NCBI GenBank assembly: GCA_036263655.1 | Contig: DATAGP010000005.1 | Location: forward strand, 288 to 64,287 | Length of the DNA: 64,000 nucleotides | Source: Caldimonas sp. | Lineage (GTDB): Bacteria > Pseudomonadota > Gammaproteobacteria > Burkholderiales > Burkholderiaceae_C | Direction: 5' to 3' | Part shown: piece by piece, positions 1-10,358 of the stretch | Position numbering within the stretch: the first letter of the stretch is position 1 | Layout of the letters: each line of letters opens with the position of its first letter | The notes under the pieces: model-generated | Database searches by the model: none | What the model was told of the DNA's origin: nothing | The model's input: only the letters and a program-made list of their open reading frames with translations | Made by a program: the position numbers and the translations under genes

Positions 1-621
<621 letters not shown>

Positions 622-630
622 GGAACGATT

Positions 631-695
631 GTCATCCTGAGCGCAGCGAAGGATCTCATCGCAGCGCCGGGATCCTTCGCTTTCGCTCGGATGAC
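631..695. repeat. REP-like palindromic element
   Basis: GTCATCCTGAGCGCAGCGAAGGATC-N15-GATCCTTCGCTTTCGCTCGGATGAC: imperfect 25-bp inverted repeat in the mccB-mccA spacer. Confidence 0.75.
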
Positions 696-708
696 GGCTG
701 CTCCGGCG

Positions 709-2316
709 CTACATGCGGAACACGCCGAACTTGGTCGCGGGGATCGGCGCGTTCAGCGTCGTCGCGAGCGACAGGCCGAGGACGCGACGCGTGTCGGCCG
801 GGTCGACGACGCCGTCGTCCCAGAGCCGGGCGCTGGCGTAGTACGGGTGGCCCTGGTGCTCGTACTGCTCGAGCAAGGGCGCCTTGAAGGCGCGCTCCTC
901 TTCCGCGGACCACGAGCCGCCGCGCGCCTCGATGCCGTCGCGCTTCACGGTCGCGAGCACCGCCGAGGCCTGCTCGCCGCCCATCACGCTGATGCGCGCG
1001 TTCGGCCACATCCACAGGAACCGCGGCGAATAGGCGCGGCCGCACATGCCGTAGTTGCCGGCGCCGAACGAGCCGCCGATCAGCACCGTGAGCTTGGGCA
1101 CCTGCACCGTCGCGACCGCCGTCACCATCTTGGCGCCGTCGCGGGCGATGCCGGCGTTCTCGACCTTGCGGCCGACCATGAAGCCGGTGATGTTCTGCAG
1201 AAAGACGAGAGGCACGCGGCGCTCGGCGCAGAGCTCGATGAAGTGGGCGCCCTTCTGCGCCGACTCGCTGAAGAGGATGCCGTTGTTGGCGACGATGCCG
1301 ACCGGCATGCCGTACAGCCGCGCGAAGCCGGTGACGAGCGTCGCCCCGTAGCGCGACTTGAACTCGTCGAGGCGCGAGCCGTCGACGATGCGGGCGATGA
1401 CCTCGCGCACGTCGTAGCCCTTCTTGGTGTCGCGCGGGATGACGCCGTAGATCTCCTTGGGGTCGTAGAGCGGCTCCTCGCTGGCCTCGAGCGTCACCGT
1501 CTCCGGCTTCCTGCGGTTCAGGCTGGCGACGATGCGCCGGGCGATGGCGAGCGCGTGCAGGTCGTCGTCGGCGAGGTGGTCGGCGACGCCCGAAAGGCGC
1601 GTGTGCACGTCGCCGCCGCCGAGGTCCTCGGCGCTGACGACCTCGCCGATGGCAGCCTTCACCAGCGGCGGGCCGCCCAGGAAGATCGTGCCCTGGTTCT
1701 TGACGATGATGGTCTCGTCGCTCATCGCCGGCACGTACGCGCCGCCTGCCGTGCACGAGCCCATGACGACGGCGATCTGGGCGATGCCCTGCGCGCTCAT
1801 GTTGGCCTGGTTGAAGAAGATGCGGCCGAAGTGCTCGCGATCGGGGAAGACCTCGTCCTGCCGCGGCAGGAAGGCGCCGCCGGAGTCCACCAGGTAGAGG
1901 CACGGCAGCCGGTTCTGCAGCGCGATCTCCTGCGCGCGCAGGTGCTTCTTCACCGTCATCGGGTAGTAGGTGCCGCCCTTCACCGTTGCGTCGTTGGCGA
2001 CGATCATGCAGTCCTGCCCCTCGATACGGCCGACGCCGCAGATCATCCCGGCCGCCGGCGCCTCGCCGTCGTACATGCCGAAGGCGGCGAGCTGGCCGAT
2101 CTCGAGGAAAGGCGTGCCCGGGTCGACCAGGCGCTCGACGCGCTCGCGCGGCAGCAGCTTGCCGCGCGAGGCGTGCCGCTCGCGCGACTTGGCGTCGCCG
2201 CCCGCGGCGACCTCGGCGGCACGCGCGCGCAGGTCGTCGACCTGCGCCTGCAGCGCGGTGGCGTTGGCCTTGAACTCGTCGGAGCGCGTGTCGATGCGCG
2301 ACTTCAGCGCGGGCAT
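709..2316 (-). CDS. mccB: 3-methylcrotonyl-CoA carboxylase beta (carboxyltransferase) subunit
   Basis: 535 aa from [12 protein letters not shown]; motifs [37 protein letters not shown] and C-terminal FGVFRM. Confidence 0.95.
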   Translation of the reverse strand: MPALKSRIDTRSDEFKANATALQAQVDDLRARAAEVAAGGDAKSRERHASRGKLLPRERVERLVDPGTPFLEIGQLAAFGMYDGEAPAAGMICGVGRIEGQDCMIVANDATVKGGTYYPMTVKKHLRAQEIALQNRLPCLYLVDSGGAFLPRQDEVFPDREHFGRIFFNQANMSAQGIAQIAVVMGSCTAGGAYVPAMSDETIIVKNQGTIFLGGPPLVKAAIGEVVSAEDLGGGDVHTRLSGVADHLADDDLHALAIARRIVASLNRRKPETVTLEASEEPLYDPKEIYGVIPRDTKKGYDVREVIARIVDGSRLDEFKSRYGATLVTGFARLYGMPVGIVANNGILFSESAQKGAHFIELCAERRVPLVFLQNITGFMVGRKVENAGIARDGAKMVTAVATVQVPKLTVLIGGSFGAGNYGMCGRAYSPRFLWMWPNARISVMGGEQASAVLATVKRDGIEARGGSWSAEEERAFKAPLLEQYEHQGHPYYASARLWDDGVVDPADTRRVLGLSLATTLNAPIPATKFGVFRM

Positions 2317-2427
2317 GGGTGGCGGTCTCGTCGTGACGTTCGGGACCCGGAGCTTAACGTCGGCGCCTGCACCGCACGGCGCGCCGCCGCCGCGCCGTCG
2401 CAGAATGCGCGGCGACCTGCCCCCGAC

Positions 2428-3051
2428 ATGGACGATCGTCGTCTCTCGCCGCTCGCCGCCGACGCCGTCGACGACGCCGGCCGCGTGCTCGGCGCCGCCT
2501 TCCTCGACGACCCGGTGATGCGCTACTACTTCGAGGGCGATGCCGACCGGTCGATGCCGGTGCGCGCGACCATGACGCTCGCGGCGGCCCTGACCGTGCG
2601 CCACGGGGTCGCCTGGCGGCTCGACGTGGACGCAGGCCTCGCCGGCGTGGCCCTGCTGCTGCCGCCCGACGTGCCCGACTTCCCGCTGGCCGCCGTCGTC
2701 GCGGCCGTCCTGCGCACGCCGCGCCTGTGGCGACCGCGCGCGCTGCGCCGTCATTTCGGCGTGACGGCCTCGGTCGAGGCGCATCGTCCGGCGTTCCCGT
2801 GCTGGACGCTGCTCTCGATCGGCGTCGAGCCCGCGTCGCAGCGTCGCGGCCATGGCGCGTGGCTGCTGGCGCGCGTGCTCGACGGCCTGCCGGCGGGCGC
2901 CACCGTGTGCCTGGAGACCGACCACGAGCGCAACCTGCCGCTGTATCGGCGGCACGGGTTCGCCGTCACGAGCGAGTTCCTCGCCGACGCGGGCCGCGGG
3001 CCCCTCACCTGGTCGATGCGGCGCCCCGGCGCGTCGCACCACGGAGCCTGA
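2428..3051 (+). CDS. GNAT family N-acetyltransferase
   Basis: AAFLDDP N-terminus; acetyl-CoA motif [13 protein letters not shown]; [14 protein letters not shown]. Confidence 0.85.
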   Translation: MDDRRLSPLAADAVDDAGRVLGAAFLDDPVMRYYFEGDADRSMPVRATMTLAAALTVRHGVAWRLDVDAGLAGVALLLPPDVPDFPLAAVVAAVLRTPRLWRPRALRRHFGVTASVEAHRPAFPCWTLLSIGVEPASQRRGHGAWLLARVLDGLPAGATVCLETDHERNLPLYRRHGFAVTSEFLADAGRGPLTWSMRRPGASHHGA

Positions 3052-3085
3052 CGACCGCCGCGGCCGGGGCGCCGGGCGTCGAATC

Positions 3086-3658
3086 CTATTCGGCGGCGCG
3101 GGCGGACACCGGCATCGCCAGCGCCGCCGCCTTGATCTTCGCCATGAACTGCTTCTGCCGCCGCCAGATCCATGCGATGCCGCCGCCGCCGACGGCGAAG
3201 AAGAAGAGGGCGGAGCCGTAGTGGCCGCCGAACACGTCGACCAGGCCGACGCAGCCGACGATCACGAGCAGGATCAGGAGCATGTTGTAGAAGGGCGGCC
3301 CGGCGTGGTCGTTCACCGCCTTGCGAATGCACTGGAAGGCGCCGGTCTCGTGGTTGATCAGCGCCAGGTAGTCGCCCTTTTCCTTGCCGGCGCGGATGCC
3401 CCAGATGATGGAGGCCATCTGCCCGGCGCGCGCCGCGAATCCCTGGTCGGGCACTTCCAGCCACTTTTCCTCGCCGTTGTCGGCCTGCAGGAACACCTTG
3501 TTCCAGCTCGAGGTGCGGGTCGTCGTGCCGAGCATCGCGTTGGCGTGGTGCCGGGTGACCTCGGTGACCGACGACCGCTGCTGGTCGACGACGCGTCCCG
3601 TGAACGCATGCAGGTCGATGGTCCGCAGCCCGGACCTCAGGGTCGCGAATCTGCTCAT
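3086..3658 (-). CDS. Hypothetical membrane protein with beta-rich N-terminal domain and two C-terminal TM helices
   Basis: 190 aa from MSRFATLR, with RBS (GAGGAG) just after the ivy stop; two hydrophobic segments near the C-terminus. Confidence 0.7.
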   Translation of the reverse strand: MSRFATLRSGLRTIDLHAFTGRVVDQQRSSVTEVTRHHANAMLGTTTRTSSWNKVFLQADNGEEKWLEVPDQGFAARAGQMASIIWGIRAGKEKGDYLALINHETGAFQCIRKAVNDHAGPPFYNMLLILLVIVGCVGLVDVFGGHYGSALFFFAVGGGGIAWIWRRQKQFMAKIKAAALAMPVSARAAE

Positions 3659-3669
3659 GGCGGTTCTCC

Positions 3670-4092
3670 TCACTTCTGCCTGAATTCCTGGTTCCACATC
3701 CTGTCCAGCTCGGCGCTCATCGCCGTGTCCGGTGAGCCGATCAGCGTCGACCGACCCTTCTCGAACAGCTTGCCGTAGACCACCGCGCGGGCCGGCGAAT
3801 AGAGCAGGAGCAGGTTGTTGTCGCCGCAGTCGTGCGGCTTGCACGGGGCGGCGACCCGGTACTCGGCGCCACCGATCGACACCTTGCGCACGAGCGAGCT
3901 GTTGCTCATCCGGGCGAGCCATCGCTCCTTCGCCTTCGGGCCGAGCGCACCGAGGTAGGCCGCCTTGAACCTCGGGTCCTTGAGCAGGTCGTCCGTCGTG
4001 GGCATGGGGTCCGCAGCGCAGGCCGCGCCGGCCAGCATGGCGCCGATGAACCACCCTGCCGCCGTCCTGCTGAGCACCGTCGAACCCTCCAT
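3670..4092 (-). CDS. ivy: Ivy family C-type lysozyme / lytic transglycosylase inhibitor
   Basis: Signal peptide, exact Ivy inhibitory loop CKPHDC, 140 aa, AGGAGG RBS. Confidence 0.88.
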   Translation of the reverse strand: MEGSTVLSRTAAGWFIGAMLAGAACAADPMPTTDDLLKDPRFKAAYLGALGPKAKERWLARMSNSSLVRKVSIGGAEYRVAAPCKPHDCGDNNLLLLYSPARAVVYGKLFEKGRSTLIGSPDTAMSAELDRMWNQEFRQK

Positions 4093-4153
4093 GCAATGCC
4101 TCCTTGCAAGCCGCATGGCGCGGGAGGCTACCCGCCGGCGCGGCGCGAGGCCG

Positions 4154-4167
4154 CTCCCAAATGGGAG
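4154..4167. promoter_or_regulatory. Palindromic operator candidate CTCCCA-AA-TGGGAG
   Basis: Perfect 6-bp arms in the spacer between divergent ivy and the LuxR-type regulator. Confidence 0.5.
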
Positions 4168-4212
4168 TGGCCGCGGTAAGCTGGGCACGTCCCGGGTTGC
4201 AGGTTCAAGCGG

Positions 4213-5355
4213 ATGGCGGAGTCGTTGCCGGACGAGCTGATCGACGCGGTGTACCGCGTCGTGCTGGACCCTGGCGCGTGGCAGGACGTCATGGGCCTGA
4301 TGCGGCGGACCTTCCCTTCCGCGGCGCAGACCTTCTACTTCCTGCACCTGCATCCCCGCCGCGTCCAGCCGGTCAGCCTGGCCGGCGTCGAGCCCGCCTG
4401 GCTCAAGACCTTCGACGAGCTCTACTTCGCCCCCGACAACCCCTGGATCCGGCTGACCGAGCGCCTGCACCGCCCCGGTGTCGTGCGGACCAACGAGCGG
4501 CTCGACGACCTCCTGAAGGAGCGTGGCGCCCTGTATCGCTCGGCGTACTACCACGACTGGATGCGGCCGCACGGCTTCAAGTACACGATCGGCAACACGC
4601 TGCTGGCCGAGGGCGGGCTCGTCGCCAACATCACCCTTTTCCGGGCCCCGGACGCCAGGACCTTCGGCGAGCCCGAGGTGCGCGCCTTCGCCGCCTTGAG
4701 CAAGCACATGACCCGCGCCCTGCAGATGGCGATACGCCTCGATCAGCCCGAGAGCTCCCCGTCGGTGGCCGCCCTGCTCGACACCATGCCGCAGCCGGTC
4801 GCCGTCATCGACGGGCAGCGTCGCGTCAGCTACGCCAACCCGGCCATGGAACGCCTGCTGCGCGGCCGCCGTGGCCTGTCATTGCGCGGCGGCGAGCTCG
4901 TCGCCACCGCCGCCGGGGCGCAGGCCGCGCTGGCGGCCTACGCCGCGCCGACCGGGCCTGCGTCCGCGGCCCAGGGCTCGCCGCCACTGACGCTGCCCGA
5001 CGGAAGGCGCGGCCACCTCACCTTGCGCGGCGTGCCGCTGGCCGGCCGCATGGGCGCGAGCTCGACGTCGCGGCGGGGCCTGCTGTTGATGGTCACCGGG
5101 CACGCCCCCGCCGAGCCGGCTGCAACGGCGGCGCTGCGTGCCGTGCACGCCTGCACCGCGTCCGAGACCCGGCTGGCCCGACTCCTCGCCGAAGGCCGCA
5201 CGCTTCGCCAGACCGCGCAGGAGATGGGAATCACCTACGAGACGGCCCGTGCCTACCTGAAGACGGTGTTCCACAAGACCGGCGTGCACACGCAGGCCCA
5301 GCTCGTCACCCTGCTGCTGACAGGCACGCACGCCGGGGTCGACGAAGAGGGGTAG
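4213..5355 (+). CDS. LuxR-type HTH regulator with GAF-like and PAS-like domains
   Basis: LIDAVY...W N-terminus; PAS-like VIDGQRRVSYANPA; C-terminal HTH (TASETRLARLLAEG...TARAYLKTVFHKTGVHTQAQLV). Confidence 0.85.
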   Translation: MAESLPDELIDAVYRVVLDPGAWQDVMGLMRRTFPSAAQTFYFLHLHPRRVQPVSLAGVEPAWLKTFDELYFAPDNPWIRLTERLHRPGVVRTNERLDDLLKERGALYRSAYYHDWMRPHGFKYTIGNTLLAEGGLVANITLFRAPDARTFGEPEVRAFAALSKHMTRALQMAIRLDQPESSPSVAALLDTMPQPVAVIDGQRRVSYANPAMERLLRGRRGLSLRGGELVATAAGAQAALAAYAAPTGPASAAQGSPPLTLPDGRRGHLTLRGVPLAGRMGASSTSRRGLLLMVTGHAPAEPAATAALRAVHACTASETRLARLLAEGRTLRQTAQEMGITYETARAYLKTVFHKTGVHTQAQLVTLLLTGTHAGVDEEG

Positions 5356-5373
5356 GGGCACCCGCGCCGCAGG

Positions 5374-5429
5374 TTGACAGCGGGCCGAGGCGGCGTTAAA
5401 AACCGCCTGGATAAATAACCGATCGGTTA
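5374..5429 (+). promoter_or_regulatory. Sigma70-like promoter plus ArsR autoregulatory palindrome
   Basis: TTGACA at 5374-5379; perfect 14-bp palindrome TAACCGATCGGTTA at 5416-5429 abutting the ArsR start. Confidence 0.65.
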
Positions 5430-5861
5430 ATGATGGCCACCGACAGCCTGACCCTCACGTTCGCGGCGCTCGCCGATCCCACTCGGCGCGCGATCCTGCA
5501 GCGCCTCGCCGCCGGCGATGCCGTCGTCAAGGACCTGGCGCTTCCCTTCGCGATGAGCTCGCCCGCCGTCTCCAAGCACCTTCGCGTGCTCGAGCGGGCC
5601 GGCCTCGTCGAGCAGGGCCGCCAGGCGCAATGGCGGCCGCGCCGCCTGCGCGCCGAGCCGCTGGCCGAAGCGGCCGGCTGGCTGCAGGCCTACCGCCCGT
5701 TCTGGGAGGAGCGCTTCGATCGCCTCGACGCGGTCGTGCGCAAGCTGAAGGCGACGAGATCGGCCCGTCCGAGTGCCCCTCCCCGACCTGCCGCGAAGGC
5801 ACCGGCCCGTGCCGGCCGCAAGCCCTCGCCCACTCACGCACCCAGCAAACACCGCGCATGA
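5430..5861 (+). CDS. ArsR/SmtB family regulator
   Basis: FAALADPTRRAIL...SKHLRVLERAGLV. Confidence 0.92.
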   Translation: MMATDSLTLTFAALADPTRRAILQRLAAGDAVVKDLALPFAMSSPAVSKHLRVLERAGLVEQGRQAQWRPRRLRAEPLAEAAGWLQAYRPFWEERFDRLDAVVRKLKATRSARPSAPPRPAAKAPARAGRKPSPTHAPSKHRA

Positions 5862-6343
5862 GCCAGACCCTCGTCAACCCGCCCGGCACCGCCGCCGGAT
5901 CGCTCGTCCTCCAGCGCGTCTTCGCCGCGCCGCCGGAGATCGTCTTCGCCGCCTGGTCCGATCCGGAGCACGTCGCCACGTGGTGGCATCCGAAGGAGTT
6001 CGCGACGCCGGTGTTCGAGATGGACTTCCGCGTCGGCGGCAGCTTCCGCTACTGCATCCGCTCGGAGCGGCACGAGGGCTGGGCGCACGGCGTCTATCGC
6101 GAGATCGACCGGCCGCGCCGCATCGTCTTCAGCTTCCAGTGGGAAGGAGAAGGCGGCCTCGCCGCACCCGACCCGGAGACGCTGGTCACGCTGACCTTCG
6201 AGGCGCGCGGCGACGACACCTTGCTCACCTTCCGCCAGGAGCCGTTCGCCAGCGACGCGGCCCGGCACAGCCACGGCCAGGGCTGGCACCAGGTGCTCGA
6301 GCACCTCGACGCGTTCCTCGCCGCCCGAAAGGTCGCGTCGTGA
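5858..6343 (+). CDS. SRPBCC/AHSA1 domain protein
   Basis: RVFAAPPEIVFAAWSDP, MDFRVGG, GW..LEHL; ATGA overlap with ArsR. Confidence 0.9.
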   Translation: MSQTLVNPPGTAAGSLVLQRVFAAPPEIVFAAWSDPEHVATWWHPKEFATPVFEMDFRVGGSFRYCIRSERHEGWAHGVYREIDRPRRIVFSFQWEGEGGLAAPDPETLVTLTFEARGDDTLLTFRQEPFASDAARHSHGQGWHQVLEHLDAFLAARKVAS

Positions 6344-6987
6344 AGCGCACCGTCAGCGCCTTCCGCTCGGTTCCTCCGTTCGCGCAGGGCCTGGTCCGCG
6401 ACCTGCGCGTGCGCTGGGCGCTGAACGAGGCGGGGCTCCCTTACGACGAGCACCTGATCGGTCCCGAGGACCAGAAGAGCGCTGCCTATCGGCGGCTGCA
6501 GCCCTTCGGCCAGGTGCCGGTGCTGCGCGAGGACGGCCTGGAGCTTTTCGAGTCCGGCGCCATCGTGCTGCACGTGGCCGAGCAGTCGGATGCCCTCATG
6601 CCCTGGGACGCGACGGCGCGGGCCCAGGTGCGGACCTGGATGTTCGCGTCCCTCAGCACGGTCGAGCCGCCGATCATGATGCTCAACGTCTTCGACCTGC
6701 AGCCCGGCGGCCCGCGCGCGGGCGCGATGGACATGCGCTCCGTCGTCGTCGGGATGATCGAGAAGCGCCTGGATGCGCTCGCCGCCTTCCTCGGCGATCG
6801 CGAGCATCTCGTCGGCGACAGGTTCACCGCCGCCGACCTCCTGATGACCACCGTGCTGCGCATCCTGCGCAGCACCGACCTGGTCGCGAAGCGGCCGACG
6901 CTCGACGCCTACAAGCAGCGCGGCGAGGCGCGGCCCGCGTTCCGCAAGGCGCTGGCCGAGCAGATGGCGCCCTTCAACTGCAGGTGA
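6340..6987 (+). CDS. Glutathione S-transferase
   Basis: VRDLRVRWALNE, QPFGQVP, LFESGAI, FTAADL; GTGA overlap with the SRPBCC gene. Confidence 0.92.
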   Translation: MKRTVSAFRSVPPFAQGLVRDLRVRWALNEAGLPYDEHLIGPEDQKSAAYRRLQPFGQVPVLREDGLELFESGAIVLHVAEQSDALMPWDATARAQVRTWMFASLSTVEPPIMMLNVFDLQPGGPRAGAMDMRSVVVGMIEKRLDALAAFLGDREHLVGDRFTAADLLMTTVLRILRSTDLVAKRPTLDAYKQRGEARPAFRKALAEQMAPFNCR

Positions 6988-8590
6988 AGTTCGCCGCGTC
7001 GTCGGTGCTCCCGCTGCCGCTGTAGACGGCCTTCTTGGGATAGGGGCAGAGAGGACGGGTGCGCACGGCCGCCCCGTTGACCACCCGGGTGGCGACGATG
7101 CGGTCGGGCGGCGTGCCCTGCTCCACCCAGCGGTCGAGCGACATCAGGAGGTCGCGGTCGGCGTTGGCGCCCGGTGCGAGCTGGCCGCTGTTGCCGAAGG
7201 TCGTCGCGCCCGGGCCGCCCGAGCAGTGGCCCATGCCGGGAACGAGGAAGAGGCGCAGGAACGCGTCGGCGTCGGCCGGGTTCGCCTGCAGCGCGCGGAC
7301 CCGGTCCACGTAGGCGATCGTGTCGATGGCGTTGACCACCGGATCGGCCCAGCCCTGGTAGACGATGGCCTTGCCGCCGCTCGCCTTGAACGCCGACAGA
7401 TCGGGGTTCGTCTGGTCCACCAGCTGGCTGACGAACGCGTCGGCGAAGGTGACGTCGCGGTCGTAGTCGAAGCTCCACCAGTTCCACTGCGGGTTGTTGA
7501 ACACCCACAGGCGCCAGTAGTCGGCGCGCACCGGCTCGGTCGTGCCCCAGTACTGCGACCAGCCCGACTCGGTGCCGACCGCGAGGCCCGGGTAGTGCTG
7601 GGCGTTGGTGCGCGGATTCTTCGGGCCGGCGTAGATCTTCTTGGCAACGTCGATCTCGGCCTGGGTCAGGCAGCCGCTCGTCTGCCCGGGCGTGCACAGC
7701 ATGCTGTCGACGTTGAACTGGGCGGCCGTGCAGGCGCGCGGGTCCTCCATCACGCCGTCCGTGACGCCGTCGAGCGCGTCGCACGCGGCCACCGCAGCGG
7801 TCGTGATGAGCGATGCCTTGGCCGCCGACAGGATGACCGGCGAATTCGTGTTCGGCGCCCGGTTGGAGAGAAAGCGGTGCAGGAACTCGACGTTGAGGCG
7901 CGTCCGGTTGTTGCCGGGCGCGCCGGCGATGACACCGTCGAAATCGTCCGGGTAGCGCTGCATTTCGGCGTAGCCCTGGTGGCCGCCCGTCGAGCAGCCG
8001 TAGTAGTAGGCGCGCTTGGGGGCCTGCGTCGTCAGGGCCGCCACGGCCTGCTTCGACGGCTCGGTGATCGCATGGATCGAGCGGCTGCCCCAGTCGCGGA
8101 TCTTTTCCGGGTGACCCACCCCCCAGAACATCGCGTTCGGATCGCTCGACTGGTGGCCCGTGTCGCCGCCGACCACCGCATAGCCCTGCCGCATCGCGTA
8201 GGCCATGTCGCCGTAGCTGAGCGCCGGGCTGTAGCCGCCGTTTCCGGTGACGACGAGCTTGCCGTTCCAGGCCGCACCCTGCGGCACCCAGACCTGGAAG
8301 TTGATCAGCGAGTCGCTCGTCGGCGTCGCCTGCGCGTCGACGCGACAGAACGCCGGCAGGTTCGCGAGCGGCGCGCCGCTGCCCGGCGCGTAGCTGCCGG
8401 CGGCCACGGCCGACGCCGCGGTGATCGCCGCGCCGGGAAGCTGCAGCGACGACATCGATGCCGTGTCGCAGGTCCTCGCCACCAGCGGCGCCGGGCCGCC
8501 GTCGTCGTCCTCGTCATCGCCGCCGCCACCGCCGCAGCCGGCGAGAAAGAGGGTCGCGGCCGCCGCGACAGCCCATGCCGAGTAGCGCAT
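6974..8590 (-). CDS. Tannase/feruloyl-esterase family hydrolase, lipoprotein
   Basis: Lipobox LAGC; GCSTGG nucleophile; GWADP; PGMGHCSGG (CS-D-HC motif); TRPLCPYP. Confidence 0.92.
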   Translation of the reverse strand: MRYSAWAVAAAATLFLAGCGGGGGDDEDDDGGPAPLVARTCDTASMSSLQLPGAAITAASAVAAGSYAPGSGAPLANLPAFCRVDAQATPTSDSLINFQVWVPQGAAWNGKLVVTGNGGYSPALSYGDMAYAMRQGYAVVGGDTGHQSSDPNAMFWGVGHPEKIRDWGSRSIHAITEPSKQAVAALTTQAPKRAYYYGCSTGGHQGYAEMQRYPDDFDGVIAGAPGNNRTRLNVEFLHRFLSNRAPNTNSPVILSAAKASLITTAAVAACDALDGVTDGVMEDPRACTAAQFNVDSMLCTPGQTSGCLTQAEIDVAKKIYAGPKNPRTNAQHYPGLAVGTESGWSQYWGTTEPVRADYWRLWVFNNPQWNWWSFDYDRDVTFADAFVSQLVDQTNPDLSAFKASGGKAIVYQGWADPVVNAIDTIAYVDRVRALQANPADADAFLRLFLVPGMGHCSGGPGATTFGNSGQLAPGANADRDLLMSLDRWVEQGTPPDRIVATRVVNGAAVRTRPLCPYPKKAVYSGSGSTDDAANFTCS

Positions 8591-8662
8591 GTGGTCTCCT
8601 GTAGGTGTGTCGTCCATGCCGTCGAAGCGCGGCCGGTCTGCGAGCCACTCTAGGCAGCGGCC

Positions 8663-8681
8663 TTCGATTCGTAAAATCGAA
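8663..8681. promoter_or_regulatory. LysR-type dyad TTCGAT-N7-ATCGAA
   Basis: Perfect 6-bp arms in the AT-rich divergent spacer between tannase and LysR. Confidence 0.55.
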
Positions 8682-8709
8682 AGTTCAGATCCATTCATTC
8701 GCCGAGCCG

Positions 8710-9660
8710 ATGACCGACCGCTCGCCGCTCAACATCCGTCACCTGCGTGCCTTCCTCGCACTCGCGGAGCACCGGCACTTCACCCGGGCGGCAGCGGCGC
8801 TGTTCATCTCGCAGCCGGCGTTCAGCGCCTTGATCGGCAGCCTGGAGACCTCGCTCGGCCTGCGTCTCTTCGACCGGAGCACGCGGCATGTGTCGCTCAC
8901 GCCGGACGGCGCGGCGTTCGAGGTGCCCGCGCGGCGCGCCGTCGCCGAGTTCGACGGCGCGCTCGCCGGCATCGGCAACCGCGTCCGGCTGAAGCAGGGC
9001 AGCGTCGCCATCGCGCTGCTGCCTTCGCTCGCCGCCGACTGGCTGCCACCGGTGCTGCGCGCGTTTCGTGCCGCCTATCCGGACATCGCCACCGACGTCA
9101 TCGACGTCCTGTCCGACGCCTGCCTGGAGCAGGTCGCCAGCGGTCGGGCCGACTTCGCCCTGACGGCCGTGCGCGCCGACACGTCGGAGCTGAAGGCCGA
9201 GCTCTTCTGCGCCGACGACTTCCATCTCGTCTGCCGCGCCGACCATCCATTGGCCACCAGGCGCGAGCTGCGCGTGCGCGACCTCGCGGCGTGGCCCTTC
9301 GTGCACCTGGCCCGGACCAGCAGCGTCCGCCAGTACCTCGAGGCCGCGCTCCAGCCCGTGTCGATGCAGACCGTCATGGAGGTCGAGCAGCTGGCGACCG
9401 TGATGGGCATGGTGCGCGCCGGCGTCGGCATCAGCGTCGTGCCCGCGCTCACGCTGTTCCACTTCCGCGACCCCGCGATCGCGACCCTGCCGCTGCGCCT
9501 GCCCGGGCTGCACCGCCGCATTTACCTCGTGACGCGCCGCGACCGCAGCCTGTCGGTCGCGGCGGCGCGCCTGCGCGACGAGGTGCTGGCGGCGCGGCCG
9601 CCGCGGGCCTCCGGCCGCACGGGCCGCCCCGTCTCACGCGCGCCGCGGTCGAGTTGCTAG
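8710..9660 (+). CDS. LysR family regulator
   Basis: HFTRAAAALFISQPAFS...LFDRSTR HTH. Confidence 0.93.
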   Translation: MTDRSPLNIRHLRAFLALAEHRHFTRAAAALFISQPAFSALIGSLETSLGLRLFDRSTRHVSLTPDGAAFEVPARRAVAEFDGALAGIGNRVRLKQGSVAIALLPSLAADWLPPVLRAFRAAYPDIATDVIDVLSDACLEQVASGRADFALTAVRADTSELKAELFCADDFHLVCRADHPLATRRELRVRDLAAWPFVHLARTSSVRQYLEAALQPVSMQTVMEVEQLATVMGMVRAGVGISVVPALTLFHFRDPAIATLPLRLPGLHRRIYLVTRRDRSLSVAAARLRDEVLAARPPRASGRTGRPVSRAPRSSC

Positions 9661-9674
9661 CACCCTCATCCGCG

Positions 9675-9710
9675 CCGAGGGACGCTCGGCGGACGCCCTT
9701 GCCCGAGCAT
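9675..9710 (+). promoter_or_regulatory. Direct-repeat promoter motif, copy 1
   Basis: CCGAG-GGACGC-TCGGC-GGACGC-N8-GAGCAT; 11-bp period; same geometry at 10270 and 30199. Confidence 0.55.
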
Positions 9711-9792
9711 GCGGGCACGCACCGTCGATGTCGCTGCGCCCACGAGGCGCGGCGCCGTCGACGGTCCGACCGACCCGACCCCGGAGCTTACG

Positions 9793-10302
9793 ATGACCCT
9801 CACCTTCTCCCATGCCGGAGCACTCGCTGTCTCCCGTGCCCGAGCGCTGCCGGCCGCCGAGCGCCACGGCGAGCGATCGCCTGCCGCAGCCTCCTGCACG
9901 CTGTCGCTCGACGGCGATCGCGCGGCGCGCCCGTCCCTCCGCCTCGGCACTCGCCTCGAGTGCCTCTCCGGCCGCGCCTGGATCACGCTCGACGGCGACC
10001 TGCGCGACGTCCTGCTCGAGCGCGGCGAGTCCTTCGTCGTCGATCGAAAGGCGCCGGTGATGGTCTTCGCCGTCGGCGCGCCCGCCGCGCTCCGCGTCCA
10101 CGCGCCGGCCGTGCCGCGCACCGCGTCGCTCTCGGGCTGGCGGGCCCGCGTCGCCTGCGTGGTGGTCGTCGCCGTCAGCAGTCTTGCCTGGCTCGGCGCG
10201 CATTTCGCGGTTGCCGATCTCTCCGACCGGGCGGCCGCCGTGTCGCTGCCGACCGCCGCCGATGGCGCGGGACGCGCAGCGGACGCCCGCACGCCACGCT
10301 GA
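9793..10302 (+). CDS. DUF2917 domain protein with C-terminal TM tail
   Basis: LECLSGRAWITLDGDLRDVLLERGESF matches the DUF2917 pattern; hydrophobic helix near the C-terminus; GGAG RBS. Confidence 0.75.
   Translation: MTLTFSHAGALAVSRARALPAAERHGERSPAAASCTLSLDGDRAARPSLRLGTRLECLSGRAWITLDGDLRDVLLERGESFVVDRKAPVMVFAVGAPAALRVHAPAVPRTASLSGWRARVACVVVVAVSSLAWLGAHFAVADLSDRAAAVSLPTAADGAGRAADARTPR
10270..10300 (+). promoter_or_regulatory. Direct-repeat promoter motif, copy 2
   Basis: GGACGC-GCAGC-GGACGC-N8-CACGCT, ending 58 nt before the TTC38-like start. Confidence 0.5.
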
Positions 10303-10358
10303 AGCGCTCCGCCCCGCATCCGCCCGGTCCGCCACCCCCCACTCCAGGAGATATCCCG

